From assembly GCA_963674735.2 (NCBI GenBank), contig CAXXQS010000002.1, positions 1,760,001 through 1,824,000 of the forward strand: a stretch of DNA of 64,000 nt, written 5' to 3'. Positions 18,632 to 28,083 of the stretch are shown in pieces; the stretch's first letter is position 1, and each line of letters opens with the position of its first letter. Below the pieces are notes generated by a model. The model ran no database searches. It saw only the letters and a program-made list of their open reading frames with translations, and was not told where the DNA came from. A program made the position numbers and the translations under genes. Source of the DNA: Myxococcota bacterium (lineage in GTDB: Bacteria > Myxococcota_A > SURF-8).

Positions 18632-21600
18632 ACGCGGTTTTTTCTTCGTCGCCAAGCGACGAGACCTGCAAGTAGCGTCAACCAAGGGGCCCATGCGGCC
18701 CCGGTTGGCGCTGCGCATCCTCCCCCTCCTCCGCCGCTGTTGCCGACGGAATAGCCGTTGCCGGAGTCCGCTTCCGGCAAGTCGGGGTCACCGCCCGGCG
18801 GGGTGATGTCACCATCCGGTTCGTCGTCGTCCCCGTCTTCAGGTGTTAGGTCTCCATCCATTTCACCATCTGCGTCCCCATCGTCGTCTTCGTCGCCATC
18901 GACATTCGCCGTGAGGTCGCGATCGGCGTAGAAACGGACCACCTGTTCGTCGGTCATGCCGCCTGCCCGGATACTTAGACGGACGAAATAATCGCCTACG
19001 CGGTCGGGAACGAGCGTGGCCTGCGGACCGCCGTCGTGTTCGAGTTGCGCCGTGCTGGGCCAGGGCGACTCGATCAGGTCGAAGGTGTAGGCGATGTCGT
19101 CATCACCGCAGGAACGGGAGGCATCGAAGGTGACGCGATCGTTGATTTCGATGGCTTGTCCCTCGACCGGTGCGAGGATGTCGGCCACCGCATGCGGATG
19201 AACGATCGGCGATGAACTGCCGAAAACCACCGAAAAATCGGATTCTTTGCGAATGGTGAAACGATACCCGCTGTCGTCTTCTTCAACCGCGCAAGCCCCC
19301 CGGACTTCAACCGGATGCAGGTCGGAGACGGCAGGCAGCCACAACGCCACTTCACCCGAAGGGGGTGCGTCGATTTTGACGTTGAAGCTCCGTCCATCCG
19401 GTTGCGGCGTCAGCCACAGACGCGCCGGTTGGCTGGCCTTGGCCAAAATGGTTCCATTGGCCGTGGCCAGTTGGGTTCCGCCGATCAGCAGCGCATGTTG
19501 GAGACCGTCCGGAGTGGCGGCAAGGTAGAACAGACGTGCTTGTGCCGTGTAGTCGCCCACGGTTAGGGTTTGCGAGACGGCGGCGGCGGCCACGCCTTCG
19601 CTGAGGTCTGCTGGAAGTTCGGGGGCCGTGTCGTCCAGGTTCCAGGCCGGTTGCGCCTCCGCGCGCGTCGCCGTGACCCGTTGCTCACCGCCTTCGCTGG
19701 GTGCCAGCAGCGACAGAAAAGACGTATCGGTGCCGTTGACGGTGCCGGTCAGGCGGGTATGGGTGGTGGCGTTACGACCGCCTTTGTCGTGGTAGGACTC
19801 GCTCTCTTCCCAGCTAATCGTGCCCTCGGCCGACAGGGTCGAGACGTTTACCGAAGCCCCGGAGAAACTCCAAGTGCCGCCGTCGGCATGAGCGCTGAAG
19901 CTACCGTCCGACTCGCCGCCGCCGTTGCCGTGCCACAGGATGGAAAGATCGTGGGCTTGGCCGTCCTGCGGATGTGCCTCGTCGTAAACCAGGGCGAAAC
20001 GGCCGCGCAGGAACAGCAGGTGGCGGCTGATGGCGGTTTCGGGAACGTGGATGAAATAGCGGGTGTCCATGCGGGCATAGGCCAGCTCCTCGTCATCGAA
20101 CCAATCGCCGAGATAGGCCTCGCCGTCCTCGCCGGGAATATACCCGCCTTCACGGTCGCCGACGATCACGATTTCGCCGTTTTCGTCCGTGCCCAGTTCC
20201 GGGAAAATGAAGGTGTACTTCTGCGGTCCCTGACCGTCCACCAGCAGGATGTTGTGGTCGTCGGGATCGCGGACTTTGTCGTGTTCGCCCCAGCCCAGAT
20301 AACCCGGATCCAGCAGCAGGTGCTGACCGTCGGCGTAAAGATGCAACCCGCCCGGTTCGTTGTGTTCGTGCCCGCCCACGCCGTCGATGGGTTCGCCGTC
20401 GCGGCGCATGGCCCAACTGTTGGCCTTGCCGTGCTCGGCCATCATGATCAGGTAGGTGGCGTCCGGGCTCCAGTCGCTGCGGAAGATCGCCTGTCCGGCG
20501 TCGTAAAGAAACTGATTGCGAGTCCAGCCCAGATCCTCGGGTGTTTGCGGGATGACGGAGTCGTCATAGGCCACGATCGCATCCGCGTCCTGCGCCACGG
20601 AGCCGGAGGCGAAGGCGTAGGTCGGCTGATTTTCCCAGGCCCAGCGGTACAGGCCGCCGTGGGGCAGGTCGGTGACGAGTGCGTAGGTGTACTGGCCGTT
20701 GGGGTCGCAGTCGTCGTGGGGTGGAAAGGTGCCGTTGGGCAGGCGTGCACGCAGCATCCAATCGTGCAGGCGGGCGTTTTCGGGACGTGTGTAGAGGTCG
20801 CCGTACTCGAAGCCGTCCACCGCCCAGCCCTGGGGACCGACGTAGCGATGGAGGGCGCGCATGAAATGCATGTGATTGATGGCGGTGTAGGCATAATACA
20901 CGCCGCCCTCGGCGAAACCGCCCTCGCGTGTGGTGAGGGCGTCGAGGATGACGAAATCGACCTGCGAGACGGCGAAGTCGATCCAGTTTTTCGAATCGCC
21001 GTAGCCTTCCGGGTCTGTTTCGGGCAGGTAACCCTCGTATCCGTTCAACACGATGGCAGCTACTCCCAAAGACGCCGCCGACTTGGAACGGTGGTTGTTG
21101 TTGAGGGCGACGGCCTGCATGTACTTGTCGAGCATCCAGTCCTTGTAGAATTCGCGTGCGTAGGTTTGCAGGTTGGCGGCGACGCGGCCTTCATCCTCGA
21201 AAGGATAGGCGGCCCCGCGCAGCAAATCGTAGGCCACGGCGTAGAGGGTGAGTTCCTGAGCCGAGTGAATGTCGTCGATGTTGCCCTGCAGCGCGGTATT
21301 GAAATGCGGCTCCAGATTCATGTTGTGCAGCAGTTCCTCGGCCTTGCGACCGTAGGCCAGACGGTCGTCCGTCTCGTCGAAGGGTGTGACTTCGAATGCG
21401 TCGCCGACGGCCTGCACGTGGCGGTCCATGGCGTAAACGAAGGCCGCTGCTTTGGCGATATTGGCTTTGATCTGCTCGGGCACGATTTCGTGGTCGTCGA
21501 GATCATAGCCGCTTTGGTTGGCCCGGCTTAAAACGCGCCGATACAATGTGGTGTAAGGATCGCGTGACAAGCGCGCCCGGATGGTGTCTTCGTCGCCCGG

Positions 21601-21726
21601 CCCGTACATCACACGCGGAACGCTCTCCCAGTCCATCGTTCCACGCGACCAGTGCCCGGCCATCGCCGGTGACGCGAACATCGAAAGGATAAATGCGGCG
21701 AAGATGACGAAAGTTATTCGTGGCAT
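18628..21726 (-). CDS. Secreted heparinase II/III-like polysaccharide lyase-family protein with acidic linker and MYXO-CTERM-like anchor
   Basis: Signal peptide; NNH, EGGVYY, FRSDW, GHEH, LLLDPG, HNILLVDG motifs; DGD repeats; GGGGGGCA...LLAGLVAWRRRK tail. Confidence 0.75.
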   Translation of the reverse strand: MPRITFVIFAAFILSMFASPAMAGHWSRGTMDWESVPRVMYGPGDEDTIRARLSRDPYTTLYRRVLSRANQSGYDLDDHEIVPEQIKANIAKAAAFVYAMDRHVQAVGDAFEVTPFDETDDRLAYGRKAEELLHNMNLEPHFNTALQGNIDDIHSAQELTLYAVAYDLLRGAAYPFEDEGRVAANLQTYAREFYKDWMLDKYMQAVALNNNHRSKSAASLGVAAIVLNGYEGYLPETDPEGYGDSKNWIDFAVSQVDFVILDALTTREGGFAEGGVYYAYTAINHMHFMRALHRYVGPQGWAVDGFEYGDLYTRPENARLHDWMLRARLPNGTFPPHDDCDPNGQYTYALVTDLPHGGLYRWAWENQPTYAFASGSVAQDADAIVAYDDSVIPQTPEDLGWTRNQFLYDAGQAIFRSDWSPDATYLIMMAEHGKANSWAMRRDGEPIDGVGGHEHNEPGGLHLYADGQHLLLDPGYLGWGEHDKVRDPDDHNILLVDGQGPQKYTFIFPELGTDENGEIVIVGDREGGYIPGEDGEAYLGDWFDDEELAYARMDTRYFIHVPETAISRHLLFLRGRFALVYDEAHPQDGQAHDLSILWHGNGGGESDGSFSAHADGGTWSFSGASVNVSTLSAEGTISWEESESYHDKGGRNATTHTRLTGTVNGTDTSFLSLLAPSEGGEQRVTATRAEAQPAWNLDDTAPELPADLSEGVAAAAVSQTLTVGDYTAQARLFYLAATPDGLQHALLIGGTQLATANGTILAKASQPARLWLTPQPDGRSFNVKIDAPPSGEVALWLPAVSDLHPVEVRGACAVEEDDSGYRFTIRKESDFSVVFGSSSPIVHPHAVADILAPVEGQAIEINDRVTFDASRSCGDDDIAYTFDLIESPWPSTAQLEHDGGPQATLVPDRVGDYFVRLSIRAGGMTDEQVVRFYADRDLTANVDGDEDDDGDADGEMDGDLTPEDGDDDEPDGDITPPGGDPDLPEADSGNGYSVGNSGGGGGGCAAPTGAAWAPWLTLLAGLVAWRRRKNRV

Positions 21727-21833
21727 GGCAGAACAACCTCTCGATATTTAGCAAAGGTTCCGAACAAAGTGTAGCGTGCCGGGTTCCGCTCCGCAATGGG
21801 AATCCGTTCGTCGCCGGGTCGAATTCCAGCGGT

Positions 21834-24419
21834 TTATGGACCCACTTCGACCAGCGCGTAACGATCGAGCGTGATCAGACGTTTGGCTACGGATAAAACG
21901 TCTTCACGGGTTACCGCCGCGATGGCGTCGGGATAGGTGAGATGGGCGTCGTAGCCTACGTCGTACAGTTCGTTCAGCAGAATCTGCCCCGCCTGAGAGC
22001 CGTTGGTTTGCAGCGAGATGGCGTTGGTGCCGATCAACAGGCGCTTGGCGTGCTGGACCTCTTCGTCGGCCAGATCGCCCTCCAGGATCCGGGCGAGTTC
22101 GCCGAGCATGCCGTCGACCGCCGTCTGGCGTTTGTCGGGGCTGGTGCCGATATAGACGGCGAAATAGCCGGGATCCAGCGATTCGAGATGCAGCGAACTG
22201 ACCGAATAACACAGGCTCTGGCGGTCGCGCAATTGCAAAAACAGGCGTCCCCCCTGACCCGAGAGAATGGCGTTCAGGACGGATAAAGCGTGGCGGTCGT
22301 TATCGCCGAAGGTGAGGCCGGGGAAGCCGAGAATCAGGTGCGTCTGCTGTTTGTCGAGGCTGCGTTTGGCCTCGCGCGGTGCGTCGAGCGGCGGCTCGGC
22401 GGGCGGATCGGCGAAGGCCGTTGCCGTTGATTCCAGTTTGCCGAAGCGCCGTTCGACCAGACGCAGCGCCTCGGTCGGGTCCACGTCGCCAACGAGGGTC
22501 AGCACCAGTCGGTCGGGCTGCAGGCTGCGGGTGAAATTCTCGGCCAGAACGGCAGGCGTCAGGGTGTCGAGGCTGTCCGCCGTGCCCAGCAGATTGAGGC
22601 GGAAGGGATGGGTACGGTAGAGGGTTTCGTGAAACAGGTCGAAGGCCAGGCGCGCGGGCTGTTCGTCCTGGGCGTTGAGTTCTTCCTTGATCAGCATGAT
22701 CTCGCGTTCCACGTCCCGGTCGGGGAAGGTGGGCGTGAGCAGGCAATCGGCGAAAATGGCAAAGCCGCGGTCGAGGTCGCGGGAGATGCAGGAGCCCTTG
22801 ATTCCCAAGGTGTTACGGCCCGAGAAACCCGATAAGCCGCCGCCCATGCCATCCACCGCTTCGGCGATTTCAGCGGCGCTCATGCGCGCATTGCCCAAGG
22901 TGAGCAGACGTGCGGTGAGGTTGAAAAGGCCGTTGGGGGCTTCGTGCTCGTAACGCAGGCCGCCTAAAAGCGCGGCTTGAAAGCTTACCAGCGGCGCGGC
23001 GTGATTGGGTTTGACGATGACGCGGATGCCGTTTGGCAGTTCGGCACGCACGATGCCGAAGGCGTCTGCCTTAGGGATGGGCGTGTACGCGGGTCGGGCG
23101 GTTTGTTCGGCTTGCGCGACGAGCGCGAGCAGGTTTTCGGCGTTGGGTGCGTCGCCTTTTTCGCGGGGCCACAGCAAGGCGAGGTTGGCCGTGGCGGCCT
23201 TGAGATAACGTTGCGCCGCCTTTTCCAGGTCGCCGACGCTCAGGTCGCGCACGCGCGTCATGTAGCGCTCGAAAAAGCGCCAGTCGCCGGTATGGGTCTT
23301 AAAATAACCGAAACGACGTGCCTTGCCCTGGACGGTCTGAGCCTGAAAGATCGCTTCGTTTTCCAAAATCGTTTTCGCTTTGGTCAGCTCCGCCTCGTCG
23401 ATCCCATCGGTGGCGATGCGGAAGGTTTCGACCGCCATCCGCTCCAATGCCGTTTCCAGGTTTTCGGAAACCAGCTCCGCCTCTACCATGAAGAGTCCGG
23501 CCGTTTTGGCGGGGTAGGGGTAGGCGTAGATATCCGTGACCAGTTCGTGCTCGCGTTGCAGGATGCGCGTGAGACGCGAACTGTCGCCTTGACCGAGGAT
23601 CACCGCCAGCGCTTCCAAGGCGGGGATTTCGTCGATATTGATCGATGGAATGGGAAAACACAGCGCCAGGTGCGATTGCTTGACGTCCTCCGGCAGCACC
23701 AGTCCGCGCGGCTTCGTTTGCGGCGGTTCTTCGGCCTGAATCCGTTCGGGCGGATTGCGGACGGCCTGATCGAACAGCCGGGCGGTTTCGCGGCGGACGG
23801 TGGCCTCGTCGGCGTCGCCCACGACCACCAGAGTCATGTTGGGGGGGGTGTACCAGCGGCGGTAAAAGCCGTGCACGGCCTCGCGGGTGAAGGAACGCAC
23901 CGATTCGTCGCTGCCGATGATCGGGTTGCGGTAGGGATGGGTGCTGAAGGCCAGGCGGAACAGTTCTTCGGACAGCCGTCGTTGGGGCGAGTCTTTGCCG
24001 CGCTTGATTTCCTCGCGGATGACTTCCAGTTCGTTGGCCAATTCGTCGGGATCGAAGGCGGAATGCTGAACTGCATCGGCCAGGATATCGAGGCCGCGAT
24101 CGAATTCGGCCGAGGGCATCACCAGGTGGTAAACGGTTTCATCGTGGGAGGTCCAGGCGTTGATGTCACCCCCCGCTCCTTCCACGTCGCGGGCGATTTC
24201 GCCGACGCCGCGGCGGTCGGTGCCTTTGAACAACATATGTTCCAGCACGTGAGCCAACCCCGCTTCTTCGGGACGTTCATCGGCGCTGCCGACGCCCATC
24301 CACATCTGGAACGCCACCACCGGCGCGAAGCGGTCTTCGAGAAAAATGACCGTCAGGCCGTTGTCCGTGGTCCATTCCACCGGCTGGGGGGTGGCTTGCG
24401 GGGTTTGCGTGTCTGTCAC
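21834..24419 (-). CDS. M16 family zinc peptidase (pitrilysin-like, two-lobed)
   Basis: GLAHVLEHMLFKGT inverted zinc motif, NAWTSHDET; second lobe LPNGIRVIV, RLFLQLRD. GTG start after AGGAGG. Confidence 0.92.
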   Translation of the reverse strand: MTDTQTPQATPQPVEWTTDNGLTVIFLEDRFAPVVAFQMWMGVGSADERPEEAGLAHVLEHMLFKGTDRRGVGEIARDVEGAGGDINAWTSHDETVYHLVMPSAEFDRGLDILADAVQHSAFDPDELANELEVIREEIKRGKDSPQRRLSEELFRLAFSTHPYRNPIIGSDESVRSFTREAVHGFYRRWYTPPNMTLVVVGDADEATVRRETARLFDQAVRNPPERIQAEEPPQTKPRGLVLPEDVKQSHLALCFPIPSINIDEIPALEALAVILGQGDSSRLTRILQREHELVTDIYAYPYPAKTAGLFMVEAELVSENLETALERMAVETFRIATDGIDEAELTKAKTILENEAIFQAQTVQGKARRFGYFKTHTGDWRFFERYMTRVRDLSVGDLEKAAQRYLKAATANLALLWPREKGDAPNAENLLALVAQAEQTARPAYTPIPKADAFGIVRAELPNGIRVIVKPNHAAPLVSFQAALLGGLRYEHEAPNGLFNLTARLLTLGNARMSAAEIAEAVDGMGGGLSGFSGRNTLGIKGSCISRDLDRGFAIFADCLLTPTFPDRDVEREIMLIKEELNAQDEQPARLAFDLFHETLYRTHPFRLNLLGTADSLDTLTPAVLAENFTRSLQPDRLVLTLVGDVDPTEALRLVERRFGKLESTATAFADPPAEPPLDAPREAKRSLDKQQTHLILGFPGLTFGDNDRHALSVLNAILSGQGGRLFLQLRDRQSLCYSVSSLHLESLDPGYFAVYIGTSPDKRQTAVDGMLGELARILEGDLADEEVQHAKRLLIGTNAISLQTNGSQAGQILLNELYDVGYDAHLTYPDAIAAVTREDVLSVAKRLITLDRYALVEVGP

Positions 24420-24595
24420 CGGAACCTCCTGTGATCGAAGCGAGATCATGCGCACGTAGGCGGCGCGGTTTTGTTGATACTTAGAGCGGTTGGGCGGTCC
24501 GTCGATTCCCGGTGAATCATCTGTCGTTGATTCCGGACCCCTCTGTATGGTATAATACATTAACTTTACGAGGCCGCAAGCCAGGGAGTCCGAAA

Positions 24596-25291
24596 ATGAG
24601 TGAACGGCGGCAGCATCCGCGCATTCCGGTGTTGGTTCATGCCACGATCGACCGGCAGCGTGAAAACAATAAACACGAGGAATGGCGCGGGAGTGTGACC
24701 GATGTATCGCTGGGCGGTATGGCGGTGGCGTCGCGGCGGACTCCGAAAATCGGCGATATCCTGACGGTGGTGGTGGTTCATGAGGACGGACCCATTATCC
24801 TGGAGTCGCAGACCCAATGGGTGCGGCGCATGTCCGTGGGCGTGATCGGCGAATTGCGTTATGAATTCGGCGTTCGCATTCTCAAAAAGGACGATCATTA
24901 CGTTCGTTTCGTGAATGCCATGATGCGCAACTTCAGTGATCGGCGGCTGTTTTTCCGTTTCCGCGACAGCTTGTCCGTCTCGTTTCTCACGCGGCGTGAA
25001 CTGGTGCGTGACAAAACCGTCAATCTGAGCAAGGAAGGCCTGTTCGTGTGTTCGACGCATCCGCCGCACAAGGGCGACAAGGTGGATATGAAACTGACCC
25101 TTCCCGATGCGGAAGAAGGCCTGCGGCTATCCGCCCAGGTGCTGCACGTGGTGCCGGTGGAACATTTCAGCTTGCATTTGCAGATCCCCGGTTTCGGGGT
25201 GCGCTTCACGGATTTCACCGATAACGGGCAGGAACGGCTGAACGATTACCTGGCCAATGCGCTCGAGCATTACCCCTTCGCCAAGGGCTGA
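24596..25291 (+). CDS. Tandem PilZ-domain protein
   Basis: ERRQHPR...DVSLGG and DRRLFFR...NLSKEG. Confidence 0.85.
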   Translation: MSERRQHPRIPVLVHATIDRQRENNKHEEWRGSVTDVSLGGMAVASRRTPKIGDILTVVVVHEDGPIILESQTQWVRRMSVGVIGELRYEFGVRILKKDDHYVRFVNAMMRNFSDRRLFFRFRDSLSVSFLTRRELVRDKTVNLSKEGLFVCSTHPPHKGDKVDMKLTLPDAEEGLRLSAQVLHVVPVEHFSLHLQIPGFGVRFTDFTDNGQERLNDYLANALEHYPFAKG

Positions 25292-25319
25292 GACCACCAA
25301 ATACGGAGGCGGTAGTCAC

Positions 25320-26006
25320 ATGGATCTGATCAACGAACGTAAGCATAAACGCATACCGGTCCGCTTTAAAACCGAAATTCAGCGAGCTGCGCTGCCCACC
25401 TTGGGTTTTCTGACCAATTTGTCGGAAGGAGGAATGTGTATCCTTGCCAGCGAGGAATTGAAAAGCGGCGACAAACTCGAGCTGGACATTCATTCCGACC
25501 TCTGCGGGGTGGTGAAAGTGGCGGGATCGGTGCTTTGGTCGCGATCCCTTAAAATCGACCTCGTACAGGTGAATCTGTTCGAGTCGGGGGTTAAATTGCT
25601 GGCGCCGCCGCCTGAATATCTGGAGTTGGTCCGCTCGGTGGCTCATGCCTTCGTCGATCGACGGGTCCACCCGCGTTTCCGTTCCGTATTGCAAGTGCGT
25701 GTGGAGGAATTGATCTCCGATGTGGACCTCTTTACGGTCAACATTTCCAAGGGCGGTGTTTTTGTGCAATCGGAAAAACTGCCCAGCCGCGATGAGGTGG
25801 TGGAACTTTTAATTCGTCTGCCCGGGAGCGGGGCGGCGACTTTGCGCCTGGAGGGAGTGGTTCTGGATACCTGCGATGCATCGCGTGCGCGGCGTGAAAT
25901 GCGGGTGCCCGGTTTTTCGTTGCGCTATACACGTTTTCGTGAAGGCGACGACCTCAAACTCTTTTTATATCTCGATCACCTGCAGAAACAGGCTTTGTCG
26001 GCCTGA
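25320..26006 (+). CDS. Tandem PilZ-domain protein
   Basis: ERKHKR...NLSEGG and DRRVHPR...NISKGG. Confidence 0.85.
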   Translation: MDLINERKHKRIPVRFKTEIQRAALPTLGFLTNLSEGGMCILASEELKSGDKLELDIHSDLCGVVKVAGSVLWSRSLKIDLVQVNLFESGVKLLAPPPEYLELVRSVAHAFVDRRVHPRFRSVLQVRVEELISDVDLFTVNISKGGVFVQSEKLPSRDEVVELLIRLPGSGAATLRLEGVVLDTCDASRARREMRVPGFSLRYTRFREGDDLKLFLYLDHLQKQALSA

Positions 26007-26169
26007 TTTTCCACCAGACGGATGGTTCTCCGGGAATAATCCGTTCTGGGTGCCTTTCCATAAAAGAAATTATTGCAATTTAGTAAGACTTGCTGTAGGC
26101 AGTTGGACCTGTTTGGTTTGGGATGCTTGATTGAAACATAACTGAAAATGGATGAGGAGGAGGCGGAAC

Positions 26170-26754
26170 ATGAAAAAAATTATGATGGTGGTGGTGTTGG
26201 CGATGGGGTTTGTCCTTTTCGGCCAAGCACCTGAAGCGCGGGCCGATATCGCGCGTGAGATGGACCTGGGTATCGGCGGCCATATGTTCTTGGGCGGTAC
26301 GAACAATTCGCAGTTCACCTTTGGCCTGGTGCCGCAGATTTCCTTCGCACCGATCGACAATCTGCAGATATTCTCCCGCCTGCCTTTCTGGATGGGCAAC
26401 TTCCATGTCGACGACAGCGACTTCCAGCTGCATGTCTTCCCCTTCCTGTTCGGAGCCAAATACAACATCAAATTGATGGACAAGCTTTACTTCTATCCCG
26501 CTTTGGCTATGGGTTTCAGTATTTTGCATAGCAAGACGAATGTTGCCAGCATAGCTGGGTTTAGCGTACCTGGCGTATCTGGCACCAGCACGACGGTACG
26601 CTTCACCATCGACTTCCAGAGCGGTATCCAATACGAGATCATGGATAACCTGGCCTTCGATGGCGGTCTGGACATCATGATCTACAATGTCGAAGGTGGG
26701 GCGACGGTGGCCTTCGGCGTGATGGGCGGCGTTATTTACTATCTGCCGCTCTAA
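26170..26754 (+). CDS. Small outer-membrane beta-barrel protein
   Basis: Signal peptide ending ARA; alternating amphipathic strands; aromatic C-terminal strand GVIYYLPL. Confidence 0.75.
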   Translation: MKKIMMVVVLAMGFVLFGQAPEARADIAREMDLGIGGHMFLGGTNNSQFTFGLVPQISFAPIDNLQIFSRLPFWMGNFHVDDSDFQLHVFPFLFGAKYNIKLMDKLYFYPALAMGFSILHSKTNVASIAGFSVPGVSGTSTTVRFTIDFQSGIQYEIMDNLAFDGGLDIMIYNVEGGATVAFGVMGGVIYYLPL

Positions 26755-26777
26755 CCCATTAAAAACAGTGATGAATA

Positions 26778-26804
26778 GCGCGGGTAACCCCCGCGCTTTT
26801 TTTT
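26778..26804 (+). terminator. Rho-independent terminator
   Basis: GCGCGGG-loop-CCCGCGC followed by a T run. Confidence 0.8.
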
Positions 26805-26871
26805 GTGGCTGGCATCCTGCCGGTATTCGTTTTTCGTGGTGGTTTTCGGGTGAACGGATGGTCTTTGAGCA

Positions 26872-27041
26872 TAAAAGGAAGGGAGGGGAGCCGAAGCTCC
26901 CCTCTGCAGAATGGGTAGGATACAGTTTCTAATGCCACGTTAGGTGCCAGGAAGAATGTCGACCCTGACGATTGGTGCAGATCATCAGGATCGAAGTGAA
27001 AAGAGTCGTCGGTGATGTCGTTCCCGTTGTGACTCCCTTCA
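26872..27041 (-). ncRNA. Candidate small RNA
   Basis: Intergenic. ECF-like promoter upstream (GGAATA-N17-GTCTAA) and terminator GAGGGGAGC-TTCG-GCTCCCCTC plus a pyrimidine/U tail. Confidence 0.4.
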
Positions 27042-27118
27042 CTTAATTAGACAGATTCCAGATGGGAATTATTCCGGAAGCGACTTTTTTCGGTTTTTTT
27101 TGTCGGAAAAGGGGAGAA

Positions 27119-27922
27119 TTATTTGGAAGGCTTGCTTGTCTCGACCAGCTCGAAAGATCGGGGATCGAAGCGGAAGGTCCGCCCGCCGTTGTAACGGAAT
27201 CCGCCGACATTCACCAGACGCGTGTTTCCCCTTTTGGTTTCAGGTACTTGCGGATTATGGATGTGGCCGAACAAGTGGAGGCGGGGCTGGTAGCGGTCGA
27301 GGTAATCGAGCAGGGCGCGGCTGCCTCCTTCGCTGCGCTTGGCCACCACGTCATAGGTTAAACCATCGATATCGGGAGGGAAATGGGTGCACAGCATGTC
27401 CACTGGTCCCAGGCTGAACAGCTTTTCACGGTAGGTGTCGTCATCGCTTTCCCCCGGCAGGTGCATCGAATACGGGTAGGAGCCGGTTCCCGATAGAAAA
27501 CCCACCCGAACGCCGTCGATTTCTTCCACGCCCACATCCCGGTAGCGTTCGCCCAGCGCTTCTTCCAACAGGTCGGGCCAATCCACGTTTCCATGGATTA
27601 CCCGCGCCGATTCGGGTAGAATTTTGGCCAATTCTCCGTAATCCTTCAGGATTTCAACACGCGCGCGGGCGATTTTCTCCGGATTCCGAAAAAACAGCTT
27701 GTCGGCCAGTTTCAGCGCTTTTTTAGGCCCGCCGGTGGCGATGGCCAATACGATGCGTCCGATGTCGGCTTTGCTCAGCACTCGGGCCGCGACGCCGGAA
27801 AGAGTGTGGAAATCCACTAAGTTGAGGTTATCTCCTAAAAGAAACAAGGGACCGTTATGCGGCCGTTCGGCTGCCAGCAAGTCGTGTGCTCCATGAACGT
27901 CGGCACAGATGGTCCAGGGCAT
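27119..27922 (-). CDS. Calcineurin-like metallophosphoesterase
   Basis: ADVHG, LGD, HGNVD, THFPP, FGHIH. Confidence 0.88.
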   Translation of the reverse strand: MPWTICADVHGAHDLLAAERPHNGPLFLLGDNLNLVDFHTLSGVAARVLSKADIGRIVLAIATGGPKKALKLADKLFFRNPEKIARARVEILKDYGELAKILPESARVIHGNVDWPDLLEEALGERYRDVGVEEIDGVRVGFLSGTGSYPYSMHLPGESDDDTYREKLFSLGPVDMLCTHFPPDIDGLTYDVVAKRSEGGSRALLDYLDRYQPRLHLFGHIHNPQVPETKRGNTRLVNVGGFRYNGGRTFRFDPRSFELVETSKPSK

Positions 27923-28083
27923 GCAAGCCTCCCGATTGACGGTTGACGATGCCCCAGCCTAACAGATCGGGCTCGGGTGTCAATGCCTGAGTGCCGGGCT
28001 AATCCGGGCAATTACAGTAAATAGAATTATAATTGTTTCGATTTCAATTGAAGATAAGGAAAAAATATCCGAATATGTAAGGT

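Noticed and set aside
26933-26949. TGGCAC...GGCA on the minus strand as a sigma54 promoter
   Set aside because: GG-to-GC spacing is 11 nt, not the strict 10 nt required.
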